Shown here piece after piece: positions 28,660-37,227 of a stretch of 64,000 bases of DNA. This DNA comes from Candidatus Eisenbergiella merdipullorum (GTDB lineage Bacteria; Bacillota; Clostridia; Lachnospirales; Lachnospiraceae). A program made the position numbers and the translations under genes. Position 1 is the first letter of the stretch; each line of letters begins with the position of its first letter. The notes below the pieces were generated by a model, which worked only from the letters and a program-made list of their open reading frames with translations, ran no database searches and had not been told where the DNA came from. The stretch is taken from NCBI GenBank assembly GCA_019118445.1, contig DWYY01000172.1, positions 532 through 64,531 of the forward strand, written 5' to 3'.

Positions 28660-29667
28660 TTATACACCCGATGGATGCGGAAATTCAAGTCCCAAATGGC
28701 GGTAGGCTGCCTCCGTCACCACCCTTCCGCGCGGAGTGCGGTTGATGAACCCGTTCTGCAAAAGGTACGGCTCATAGACATCCTCAATGGTGCCCGCATC
28801 CTCACCGATTGCTGCCGCCAGGGTATCCAGCCCCACCGGCCCGCCGTTAAACTTATAGATCATGGTATCCAGCATGTTCCGGTCCACATGATCCAGCCCC
28901 ATCCGGTCCACATCCAGAAGGTCCAGCGCTTTCTGCGCCACCTCAAAGGTGATCGTCCCGTCGAAACGCACTTGGGCAAAATCCCTCACCCGCTTTAACA
29001 GACGATTGGCAAGCCGGGGCGTCCCTCGGCTTCTTCTGGCAAGCTCCCCTGCTCCCTCAGCATCAATCTCCACGCCAAGGACAGCCGCAGAATGGATGAT
29101 GATCCGGGTCAGCTCCTCCACCGTATAAAATTCCAGCCTGTGGATCACGCCGAAGCGGTCCCTAAGCGGCGCGGTCAGAAGCCCCGCGCGTGTCGTCGCT
29201 CCCACCAGGGTAAAATGGGGCAGATCCAGACGGATGGAGTGGGCGGAAGCGCCTTTCCCGATCATGATGTCGATAGCATAATCCTCCATAGCCGGATACA
29301 GCACTTCTTCCACCTGACGGTTCAAGCGGTGGATCTCATCCACGAACAGAAGGTCTCCCTCCTGCAGGTTGTTGAGAATAGCCGCCATCTCTCCCGGCTT
29401 CTCAATGGCCGGGCCGCTGGTAACCCTCATATGGACGCCCATCTCATTCGCGATGATGCCCGCAAGGGTGGTCTTTCCCAGTCCGGGCGGCCCGTACAGG
29501 AGCACATGATCCAGCGCGTCTCCGCGCCGTTTCGCCGCTTCAATGTATACTTTGAGATTTTCCTTTGCCTTCTTCTGCCCGATATAATCATCCAGCGTTT
29601 GAGGCCTCAGCGTGCTCTCTATCCTGATATCTTCTTCCGTTACACTCGTCTCGATGACTCTTGGCAT
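28660..29667 (-). CDS. ruvB: Holliday junction branch migration helicase RuvB
   Basis: [33 protein letters not shown]. Confidence 0.97.
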   Translation of the reverse strand: MPRVIETSVTEEDIRIESTLRPQTLDDYIGQKKAKENLKVYIEAAKRRGDALDHVLLYGPPGLGKTTLAGIIANEMGVHMRVTSGPAIEKPGEMAAILNNLQEGDLLFVDEIHRLNRQVEEVLYPAMEDYAIDIMIGKGASAHSIRLDLPHFTLVGATTRAGLLTAPLRDRFGVIHRLEFYTVEELTRIIIHSAAVLGVEIDAEGAGELARRSRGTPRLANRLLKRVRDFAQVRFDGTITFEVAQKALDLLDVDRMGLDHVDRNMLDTMIYKFNGGPVGLDTLAAAIGEDAGTIEDVYEPYLLQNGFINRTPRGRVVTEAAYRHLGLEFPHPSGV

Positions 29668-29760
29668 TTTCCACTCCAATCCGGCCTTTTTCGATCTTTT
29701 TCCTTTTTAAGGGAGATTCGTCGTCAGACGAACTTAAAAATCCCGTACCGCTGCGGACGA

Positions 29761-30363
29761 TCAAAACAGGTGCTTCAGTGCCGCCTTCAAAAGTTCTTCC
29801 ACATCCATCTCATCCGCATTTTCCACCTTCCTGACAGCTCTGGCCGCTTCCGAGGAAGAATATCCCAGCGCTGTCAGCGCTTCGGCAGCCTCCCGTTTCG
29901 CATCGCTCAGGCCCGTTCCGGCGGCATAGGCTTCACTTTCCTTGGATACAAATGTCTCTTCCATGGAAACCTTATCCTTCAAATCCAGGATCACGCGCTG
30001 CGCTGTTTTCGGACCCACTCCCGGGGCCCTTGCGATCGCCTTCGCATCCTGCGTCAGCACGGCCAGCCGCACATCGTCCGCGCTCATCACGGAAAGGATG
30101 GCGAGCCCTCCTTTCGGGCCGATGCCGCTCACCGTGATCAGCAGCCGGAACATATCAAGCTCGTCCTGGCTGAGAAACCCGTACAGCAAAAACGCATCCT
30201 CCCGCACACAGGTATAGGTATAAATCTTCACTTCTTCCCCGGGCGGCGGCAAAAGAGCCGGCAGGCTCGCCGGGATCTTCACATTGAAGCCGATCTGTCC
30301 CACCTCGAGCACCAGATTGTCCTCCGTCACCCCGGCGACACGTCCGATCAGATATGCAAACAT
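29761..30363 (-). CDS. ruvA: Holliday junction DNA-binding protein RuvA
   Basis: VREDAFLLYGF, VSGIGPK, PGVGPKTAQRVILDLK, ALTALGY; true start 30363. Confidence 0.96.
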   Translation of the reverse strand: MFAYLIGRVAGVTEDNLVLEVGQIGFNVKIPASLPALLPPPGEEVKIYTYTCVREDAFLLYGFLSQDELDMFRLLITVSGIGPKGGLAILSVMSADDVRLAVLTQDAKAIARAPGVGPKTAQRVILDLKDKVSMEETFVSKESEAYAAGTGLSDAKREAAEALTALGYSSSEAARAVRKVENADEMDVEELLKAALKHLF

Positions 30364-30380
30364 TCCTTTTCCTCCGTTTT

Positions 30381-30893
30381 TCAGTCTCTTGCTGCAAAGC
30401 CGTCCGGAAGATGGGATAAGACCATCCGGCAGACCAGGCCGAGACAAAAGCCGGTCAGACAGCCACAGATCAAAAGAGGCGGGATATAATAAAGAATCCG
30501 GACCGTTTCCGTGACCAGAACAGCGACCAGAAGCTGAGCCGCGTTGTGGGCAATTCCTCCCGCGCAGCTTATCCCCGTCACCGAAAAAGCGGGATTCTTT
30601 TTCAGAAGCGCCATGACAAGAAAGCTGAAAAGCGCGCCGGCAAGACTGTACAGGAGAGAAAAAAAGTTCCCAAACAGAAATGCCGACAGAAGAACCCTGG
30701 CCGCATTGACCGCCAGAGCCTGCCGGCTCCCGTACAGATACAGCGTCAAAAGGACCGCCAGATTTGGAAGCCCAAGCTTCATTCCCGGAATGCCTAAGGG
30801 AAACGGGATCAGCGTCTCCACATATCCGAGGATCAGCGCAAAGGCTAAAAGAAGTCCCAGTCTCGCCGTTCTGGCCGCATTCCCTTCCTTCAT
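30381..30893 (-). CDS. Gx transporter family / heptaprenyl diphosphate synthase component I
   Basis: YVETLIP, PGMKLGLPN, GGIAHNAAQL; multi-TM. Confidence 0.85.
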   Translation of the reverse strand: MKEGNAARTARLGLLLAFALILGYVETLIPFPLGIPGMKLGLPNLAVLLTLYLYGSRQALAVNAARVLLSAFLFGNFFSLLYSLAGALFSFLVMALLKKNPAFSVTGISCAGGIAHNAAQLLVAVLVTETVRILYYIPPLLICGCLTGFCLGLVCRMVLSHLPDGFAARD

Positions 30894-31294
30894 CCCATTC
30901 CTCCCGCAACGGCATCCACGCCGTCTTCCGTCCCTTGCCCGCCAGTTATCGTGATCGCCAGCCGGTGCGGCAGGCAGATAATGCTTTCTCCCACCCGGCT
31001 GATCCTGCCCTGCCTGATGCAGAGCCCGTCCGGGCAGTCTGCTTCTTCCACCCATGCCTGTCCGTCCTGTATGACGAGGAGATTCTCTCCGTTTTCCACG
31101 CGGATCGGTACCCTCCTGTCTTCCGTCAGGGAATATTCTCCTAGAATCCTTCCGTCACAGACAACCTCCACGCTGTTTCCCTTTCTGCCCAAAAGGACCA
31201 GAAACAGGGCAAAAAGAAATGCCGCACCCAGAACGGCAGCCAGCAGCAATAGATCCGCTTTCGTCATTATAGCACGGTCGAACATATGTTTCAA
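30890..31294 (-). CDS. NusG domain II-containing exported protein
   Basis: N-terminal TM, ADCPDGLCIRQG, SIICLPHRL; likely TTG start at 31294 with GGAGG 9 nt upstream and TTGA overlap (alternative ATG 31267). Confidence 0.85.
   Translation of the reverse strand: MKHMFDRAIMTKADLLLLAAVLGAAFLFALFLVLLGRKGNSVEVVCDGRILGEYSLTEDRRVPIRVENGENLLVIQDGQAWVEEADCPDGLCIRQGRISRVGESIICLPHRLAITITGGQGTEDGVDAVAGGMG
31266..31294 (-). promoter_or_regulatory. Internal SigA promoter overlapped by a LexA (SOS) box
   Basis: TTGAAA-17 bp-TATAAT with extended TG; CGAACATATGTTTC at 31279-31292. Confidence 0.75.
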
Positions 31295-32055
31295 GAAGCA
31301 TTTCCTCCCGCCAGCGCCCGATAATGAGCTTCCTTTTCGGCATCCTTCAGATTGGCGCACACCGCGGCGCAGTTTTTCCAGAAAAGCCGCGTCCCCTCAG
31401 AGGCCCCCGTCAGCGCAAAGCTTTTTTCCGCCGCTTTTTCATAACAGGCAAGTGCCCGTTCCCAGTCGCCCCTGCGCCAGGCGGCTTCTCCCAGCCCGGA
31501 AAGCGCGGTGAGATAATAGACCTCTGCCTGTCCCTCCGAAGGATCCTTTTCTCCGTCCGTCCGGTCTTTCCCGTTTTCTTCATACAGAGCTGCCGCCCGG
31601 CTGAGGAGTTCTTCGGCGCGCTCCGCCTCTTTTTCATCCGAAAGGATCAGGAGCGCCTGCCGGGTTAGCGCTTCCGCCAGAAGACCTTCTTCCTTCTTTT
31701 TCCCTTCCAGGATACGTGCCGCGCGTTCATAACAGCGCTCCGCTTCTTTCTTCCTCCCTGCCCCTTCATAGGCGGCGCCCGTGCTCATCAGCACCAGGGC
31801 AAAATGCTCCGTATCCTCCAGATTCAGTTCCTCCATCAGAAGCAGGATATCCTCTGATACCGCAAACGCCTTATCATACTGCCCGCTCTGTCGGTAAAAG
31901 GAAAGCAGCTCATTTCCTGCCGCAACATAAAGGCCATATGCCTCTTCCTCTTTTGCTTCCTCCATACGCGCTTCCAGATACGGCTCGATCTCCTCCCAGC
32001 GGTTTTCCCAGATCAGCCCGTTCAGTTCATCATAGATTTCTTCCAGAGATTTCAT
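31291..32055 (-). CDS. Tetratricopeptide repeat protein
   Basis: Repeated TPR-like helices (GAAYEGAGRKKEAERCYERA; LGEAAWRRGDWERALACYEKA). Confidence 0.8.
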   Translation of the reverse strand: MKSLEEIYDELNGLIWENRWEEIEPYLEARMEEAKEEEAYGLYVAAGNELLSFYRQSGQYDKAFAVSEDILLLMEELNLEDTEHFALVLMSTGAAYEGAGRKKEAERCYERAARILEGKKKEEGLLAEALTRQALLILSDEKEAERAEELLSRAAALYEENGKDRTDGEKDPSEGQAEVYYLTALSGLGEAAWRRGDWERALACYEKAAEKSFALTGASEGTRLFWKNCAAVCANLKDAEKEAHYRALAGGNAS

Positions 32056-32097
32056 TTCCCCTCATTTCCGCGTTCCACGCATCCTGTCTTTTTTGTT

Positions 32098-32790
32098 TCA
32101 GCCATCGGATTCTTCTTCCGGCGGCATATACAGCGTCCATCCCAGCCCGGCGTCATAAGCCAGGCATTCCCATATGATCTGACCGTCCTCATCCAGAAGA
32201 GGATCTCCATCCGGCCGGTCTACAGGGACTTCAAACAGAAGGTCGATATATCGGTCCCTTTCCAGGTCTTGTGCTCTCGCGTAAAACAGATATTCCACGC
32301 TCGGCTTGTTTCCCAGGTTCAGCGGAAGGAGCCATTCCTTGTCATCCGGAGACGGGAAAGAGAAATCAGCGGTTATCTGCGCGCTTTCCTCCTCTGCCGT
32401 TATCTCTCCCTCATCTGTATCATCCGTTTTGCCAAGGGCATCCGCTTCCTCCGCGAGGATCGAAGCCTCTTCGGCCTCCTGCGGGATCACCTCCGGCCTG
32501 CTGTACAGGTCTTCCCTCATCTGCTGACAGAACTCGCTGTCCGCGAGGATGACAAAATTTTCCCAGTTATCCTGAAACTCCTGAAGCTCCTCCACCTTCG
32601 CCGTCAGGCTGTGGGTCTGCCCGCTCAGCTCATTGATGGTCTCCTGATCGGACGCAACCTGCGCCTCCAGCTCCGTCTGTTCCCTGCGCTCCATATAGAT
32701 AACGAACGCCTCCACCAGCATCGCGCCCAGCAGCACAGCCACTGTGATATAGGTAACGATTTTTGCAAACACATCTTCCCTGAAGCTCAT
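32098..32790 (-). CDS. Hypothetical membrane-anchored acidic protein (TM + coiled coil)
   Basis: N-terminal TM, heptads, strongly acidic C-terminal domain. Confidence 0.7.
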   Translation of the reverse strand: MSFREDVFAKIVTYITVAVLLGAMLVEAFVIYMERREQTELEAQVASDQETINELSGQTHSLTAKVEELQEFQDNWENFVILADSEFCQQMREDLYSRPEVIPQEAEEASILAEEADALGKTDDTDEGEITAEEESAQITADFSFPSPDDKEWLLPLNLGNKPSVEYLFYARAQDLERDRYIDLLFEVPVDRPDGDPLLDEDGQIIWECLAYDAGLGWTLYMPPEEESDG

Positions 32791-32956
32791 TTCTGATCTT
32801 AAACCTTTCTATCCAGACATCTGACCGCCACAGACAGACTGCGGCAAATACCGACTGCATTTTTATTCTACACCATCCCCGGTAAAAAGTCATGACCAAA
32901 TTCAGGCGGGGGCAAAAAATGCCCGTTCCACAGCGCCCGGGCAGAACACCGCAGCG

Positions 32957-32985
32957 TTGACATTTCCATGGGAAAAGCTTATAAT
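32957..32985 (+). promoter_or_regulatory. Consensus SigA promoter of the second degV
   Basis: TTGACA-17 bp-TATAAT. Confidence 0.8.
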
Positions 32986-33032
32986 CAGCTTGTTTTACAA
33001 CTGACTTTACAAAAAGAAAAGAGAGAAATCCA

Positions 33033-33902
33033 ATGGAAAATTACCGCATTACCATCGACTCCAACTCCGATCTGCCGTCCTTTCTCAGAGAAAAATACCA
33101 GACCGTGATAATTCCTCAGTATTATGCCTTCGGAGACGAGGTATACGGGGATGAAAAAAATATGGCCCCGGCAGAGTTCTACCAGAAAATGCGGGAGGGC
33201 GCCCTGCCTTCCTCCATGGCGAACAACCCTGTCATCATCCGGGAACGTTTTGAACCCATCCTGAAGGACGGATACGATATCCTGCATATCGCTTTTTCCT
33301 CCGCATTGAGCGGCAGCTACAACAATGTCTGTGTAACGGCACAGGAGCTGATGGAAGAATATCCTGACAGAAAAATCGTCGTGCTTGATTCCCTGAATGT
33401 CTCCCTTGCGGAAACCATCCTGTTCCTCAAGGCTCACCAGCTTCAGGAGGAAGGCCGCAGCCTTTCCGAAAACGCGGCCTTTCTGGATGAATATAAAAAA
33501 CATATCAATGTCCAGTTCACCGTGGACGATCTGTTCCACTTAAAGCGCGGGGGAAGGATTTCCGGCGCGGTGGCTGCTGTGGGCACGGCATTGAATCTGA
33601 AGCCCTTCCTTTCCATCACTGCGGAAGGCACCCTCTCTTCCAACGGCACAGTGCGCGGCCGCAAAAAATCCATCCGCGTCTTGGCGGAACGGATGCGCGA
33701 TACGTTGGGCGACCAACCGGACCTTTCGGTCCCTGTCGGCATCGTACACGGAAACTGCCCTGAGGACGCCAGCCTGGCCGCTTCCTGCGTGAAAGAGCTG
33801 ACCGGGATCGACAACATCCTCATCAATGACGTAAGCCCCAGCATCGGCACACATGCCGGCCCTGGCGCGCTTGGCATCCTGTACTACGGAAAGGAACGCT
33901 GA
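33033..33902 (+). CDS. DegV family fatty-acid binding protein (FakB-like)
   Basis: ITIDSNSDL, SSALSGSY, LKRGGRI, HAGPG. Confidence 0.92.
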   Translation: MENYRITIDSNSDLPSFLREKYQTVIIPQYYAFGDEVYGDEKNMAPAEFYQKMREGALPSSMANNPVIIRERFEPILKDGYDILHIAFSSALSGSYNNVCVTAQELMEEYPDRKIVVLDSLNVSLAETILFLKAHQLQEEGRSLSENAAFLDEYKKHINVQFTVDDLFHLKRGGRISGAVAAVGTALNLKPFLSITAEGTLSSNGTVRGRKKSIRVLAERMRDTLGDQPDLSVPVGIVHGNCPEDASLAASCVKELTGIDNILINDVSPSIGTHAGPGALGILYYGKER

Positions 33903-33962
33903 TCCCAGACCTCCATTTGTATATACTTTTGGTTCATTTCATTTGAAAAATATGGTGATTCC

Positions 33963-34251
33963 ATGTCTGAAAAATGGGGCTTACAAAATTGAGCGTATTC
34001 TCCATGGGGGAAAGAATGACGCGTTTGCGCAGTATTTTGCAGGACAAAGCTATCTGAACATGCTCTCGGCCACGCAGGCGGGCATCGGGAATGTCACTTT
34101 TGAGCCCGGCTGCCGGAACAACTGGCACATTCATCACGCCTCAAAGGGAGGCGGCCAGATCCTTCTCGTGACCGCGGGCAGAGGCTATTATCAGGAATGG
34201 GTAAAGAGGAAAGGGAACTGCATCCCGAAGGAGTATGAAAAGCTGAAATAA
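33963..34251 (+). pseudogene. Degraded cupin-domain protein
   Basis: Conserved core NDAFAQYF.GQSYL...NVTFEPGCRNNWHIH...GGGQILLVTAGRGYYQEW; early TGA at 33990, frameshifts, second cupin motif missing. Confidence 0.8.
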
Positions 34252-34262
34252 AGACATAACAC

Positions 34263-34296
34263 AGGGGCGTCCCGGTATTGGAACCGGGATGCCCCT
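34263..34296. terminator. Stem-loop between the cupin pseudogene and queA
   Basis: AGGGGCGTCCCGGT...ACCGGGATGCCCCT. Confidence 0.65.
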
Positions 34297-34429
34297 TGCT
34301 GTTACATATTTACTTTTCCATCAACGCTTCTGCAGGGTCTGAGAAAAATCAACTTCCGCCCTGACAGCGGCGTCATTCAGCTATTCCGGAATCGTCAGCG
34401 TCTTTTTTACTGCTTTCTTATCATGCATT

Positions 34430-35464
34430 TTAAACGATCAGCATCGCATCCCCAAAAGAAAAGAACCGATACCTTTCCTTCACCGCCTCCTTATAAGCGG
34501 CAAGGACATGCTCCCGTCCCGCCAGCGCGGAGACCAGCATCACCAGGGTGGATTCGGGCAGATGGAAATTGGTGATCAGGGCATCCATGACCTTGAAGCG
34601 GTAGCCCGGATAGATGAAAATATCCGTATTGTCGCAGCACTCTTCCAGGTGTCCGTTTTCATCGCTGGCGCTCTCCACAGTACGGCAGCTCGTGGTGCCA
34701 ACACAGATCACCCGATGGCCATTTTCCTTCGCCCGGTTGATCTTTTCTGCGGCTTCTCTGCTCACCTGATAATATTCCGAATGCATGTGATGTTCTTTCA
34801 CATTTTCCACCTTCACCGGCCGGAAGGTGCCAAGCCCCACATGCAGGGTCACGTATGCGAGATCCACGCCCTTGTCCTGAATCTCCTGCAGAAGCCCAGG
34901 CGTAAAATGCAGCCCTGCGGTCGGTGCGGCGGCAGAGCCTTCATATTTGGCGTAAACCGTCTGATAACGGTTTTTATCCTGCAGCTTGTGGGTGATGTAA
35001 GGGGGAAGCGGCATCTCTCCAAGACGGTCCAGGACTTCCTCCCAGATGCCATCATAGAAAAAGCGGATCAGACGGTTTCCGTCCTCTACCACATCTTCGA
35101 CCTGTGCATGCAGCAGGCCGTCCCCAAACACCAGCCTGGTGCCCGGTCTCGCCTTCTTTCCAGGCTTTACCAGGGTTTCCCATACGTCGCCTGCGCGGCG
35201 CTTCAGAAGGAGCACTTCCACGGCGCCGCCCGTCTCTTCCCGCACGCCCATCAGCCTTGCAGGGATCACTTTGGTATTGTTTAACACCAGGCAGTCGCCG
35301 GGGTTGAGAAAAGAGGGGATTTCCCGGAATACATGATGGGAAATCTCCCCCGTCTTTTTATCCAGGACCATCAGCCTGGAGGACGAGCGGTCCTCCAGGG
35401 GGTCCTGTGCGATGAGCTCCGGCGGGAGCTCATAATAATAATCGGATGTTTTCAGTCCGTCCAT
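34430..35464 (-). CDS. queA: S-adenosylmethionine:tRNA ribosyltransferase-isomerase
   Basis: [51 protein letters not shown]. Confidence 0.97.
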   Translation of the reverse strand: MDGLKTSDYYYELPPELIAQDPLEDRSSSRLMVLDKKTGEISHHVFREIPSFLNPGDCLVLNNTKVIPARLMGVREETGGAVEVLLLKRRAGDVWETLVKPGKKARPGTRLVFGDGLLHAQVEDVVEDGNRLIRFFYDGIWEEVLDRLGEMPLPPYITHKLQDKNRYQTVYAKYEGSAAAPTAGLHFTPGLLQEIQDKGVDLAYVTLHVGLGTFRPVKVENVKEHHMHSEYYQVSREAAEKINRAKENGHRVICVGTTSCRTVESASDENGHLEECCDNTDIFIYPGYRFKVMDALITNFHLPESTLVMLVSALAGREHVLAAYKEAVKERYRFFSFGDAMLIV

Positions 35465-35467
35465 GGC

Positions 35468-36859
35468 TTACATCCCAGCTTTCTTCAGGAAGGCCACATA
35501 ACCGCGCATGGTTTCGTAGACATCCGCCTTGCTGGTCGCCTCCCAGGGCGCGTGCATATTGAGCACGGCAACGCCGCAGTCGATCACATTCATGCCGTAC
35601 AATGCCATGATGTAGGCGATGGTTCCGCCGCCTCCCACGTCGACCTTGCCAAGTTCCGCGGTCTGGAACACGATATCGGAGCTGTCACAGATATCGCGGA
35701 TATGAGCCACGTACTCCGCATTCGCGTCGTTGGAGCCTGATTTTCCTCTGGCACCCGTAAATTTGTTGAACACCATGCCTTTTCCGAGGAAAGCCGCGTT
35801 TTTCTTTTCAAAGCAGGAAGCGTAAGCGGGATCATACCCTGCGCTCACGTCGGAGGAAAGCATGCAGGAGTTTGCCAGGCATTTTCTCAGGTTCAGCTCG
35901 CTGTACTCTCCCATCAGCTCCATCAGCTCTGCCGTCGCGTTCTCAAAGAAGCGGGACTGCATACCGGTCGCTCCCACACTGCCGATCTCTTCCTTGTCAA
36001 CCAGGATACAGCAGCCGGTGCGCTCCGTCACCTCTCCGGCCACCTCAAGGAGTGCTCTTGCGGAGGTGTAAGCACATACTCTGTCGTCCTGTCCGTAAGC
36101 CAGGATCAGGCTGCGGTCAAAACCGGCCTCTCTGGCATGTCCGGCGGGAACGATCTCCAGCTCCGCGGAAAGGAAATCCTCCTCCTCAATGTCATAGGTT
36201 TCCTTCAAGAGCTTCAGGACGCCTGCGGTAACAGCATTCTTTTCTTCGCCCTTTAAAGGCATGTTTCCTACGACCAGGTCCATGGCTTCTCCTTCCACCA
36301 CCTTGGATGCCTTCTTCTCCATCTGCTCTCCTGCCAGATGGATCAGCAGGTCGGAAACGAAGAACACTGGATCGTCTTCGGCTTCTCCCACATTTACCTC
36401 CACCGTGGTCCCGTCCTTTTTCACCACCACGCCATGAAGCGCAAGCGGATGGGCAACCCACTGGTATTTCTTGATGCCTCCATAATAATGGGTATCCAGA
36501 TAAGCGATGCCCTCATCCTCATAAAGGGGGTTCTGCTTCACATCTATCCTGGGGCTGTCAATGTGTGCGCCAAGAAGGTTCATGCCCGCCTTCATGGGCT
36601 GCTTTCCAATCTGGTACATGACCAGGCATTTGTTCATATTTACCGCGTAAACCTTGTCTCCGGGCTTTACGCTCTCACCTCTTTCGATCAGGTCGTTCAG
36701 CTCCCGGTATCCCGCCTTTTCGATCAGGTTTACCAGCGTATCCACGCATTCCCTTTCGGTTTTCCCGGCATCCAGAAAATCCATGTACTCTCTGGCAAAC
36801 GCATCTGCCGCTTCTTTCTGTTCCTCGGAATATGAATTCCAGACATTCTTTCTTTCCAT
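35468..36859 (-). CDS. apeA: M18 family aminopeptidase 1
   Basis: GAHIDSPR, YGQDDR, KEEIGS, SSDV, MHAPWE. Confidence 0.88.
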   Translation of the reverse strand: MERKNVWNSYSEEQKEAADAFAREYMDFLDAGKTERECVDTLVNLIEKAGYRELNDLIERGESVKPGDKVYAVNMNKCLVMYQIGKQPMKAGMNLLGAHIDSPRIDVKQNPLYEDEGIAYLDTHYYGGIKKYQWVAHPLALHGVVVKKDGTTVEVNVGEAEDDPVFFVSDLLIHLAGEQMEKKASKVVEGEAMDLVVGNMPLKGEEKNAVTAGVLKLLKETYDIEEEDFLSAELEIVPAGHAREAGFDRSLILAYGQDDRVCAYTSARALLEVAGEVTERTGCCILVDKEEIGSVGATGMQSRFFENATAELMELMGEYSELNLRKCLANSCMLSSDVSAGYDPAYASCFEKKNAAFLGKGMVFNKFTGARGKSGSNDANAEYVAHIRDICDSSDIVFQTAELGKVDVGGGGTIAYIMALYGMNVIDCGVAVLNMHAPWEATSKADVYETMRGYVAFLKKAGM

Positions 36860-37131
36860 CAGTCTTCTCCTCCAGTTTCTTTTGCTTTTGAGCCAAGGAC
36901 CGATTTTAAAAGTTCTTTGGCCCTCGCCACCTCGTCACTGTGAATCCGGAACACACAGGCAGTCTTGGCCTTTGGTTTCCGGAACAGAAACAGTCCCCCC
37001 AGACCCTTGTCCTCCCATTCCACATAATAGGAGATTCTGTTTTTTAACAGGATTCGCTCTACCTTTTCCTTTGTGGCCATATCATAGACTTTACAGAAGG
37101 CCACCTCATGATTCACAGGTCCTATGTCCAT
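36859..37131 (-). CDS. Small hypothetical protein (DUF2007-like)
   Basis: GGAGG RBS before ATG 37131; ILLKNRISYYV...IHSDEVARAKELL; 1-nt overlap with apeA. Confidence 0.65.
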   Translation of the reverse strand: MDIGPVNHEVAFCKVYDMATKEKVERILLKNRISYYVEWEDKGLGGLFLFRKPKAKTACVFRIHSDEVARAKELLKSVLGSKAKETGGED

Positions 37132-37187
37132 TTTTTCCTCCATGCCGGAGCGTTTTACGCTTCGGGCGCATAAAAGCCGCTTCATTT

Positions 37188-37215
37188 CGGCGGGAAAACC
37201 GGAAGTTTCCCGCCG
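37188..37215 (-). terminator. Stem-loop after pheT
   Basis: CGGCGGGAAA...TTTCCCGCCG; weak U-tract. Confidence 0.45.
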
Positions 37216-37227
37216 CATCCTATTGTA

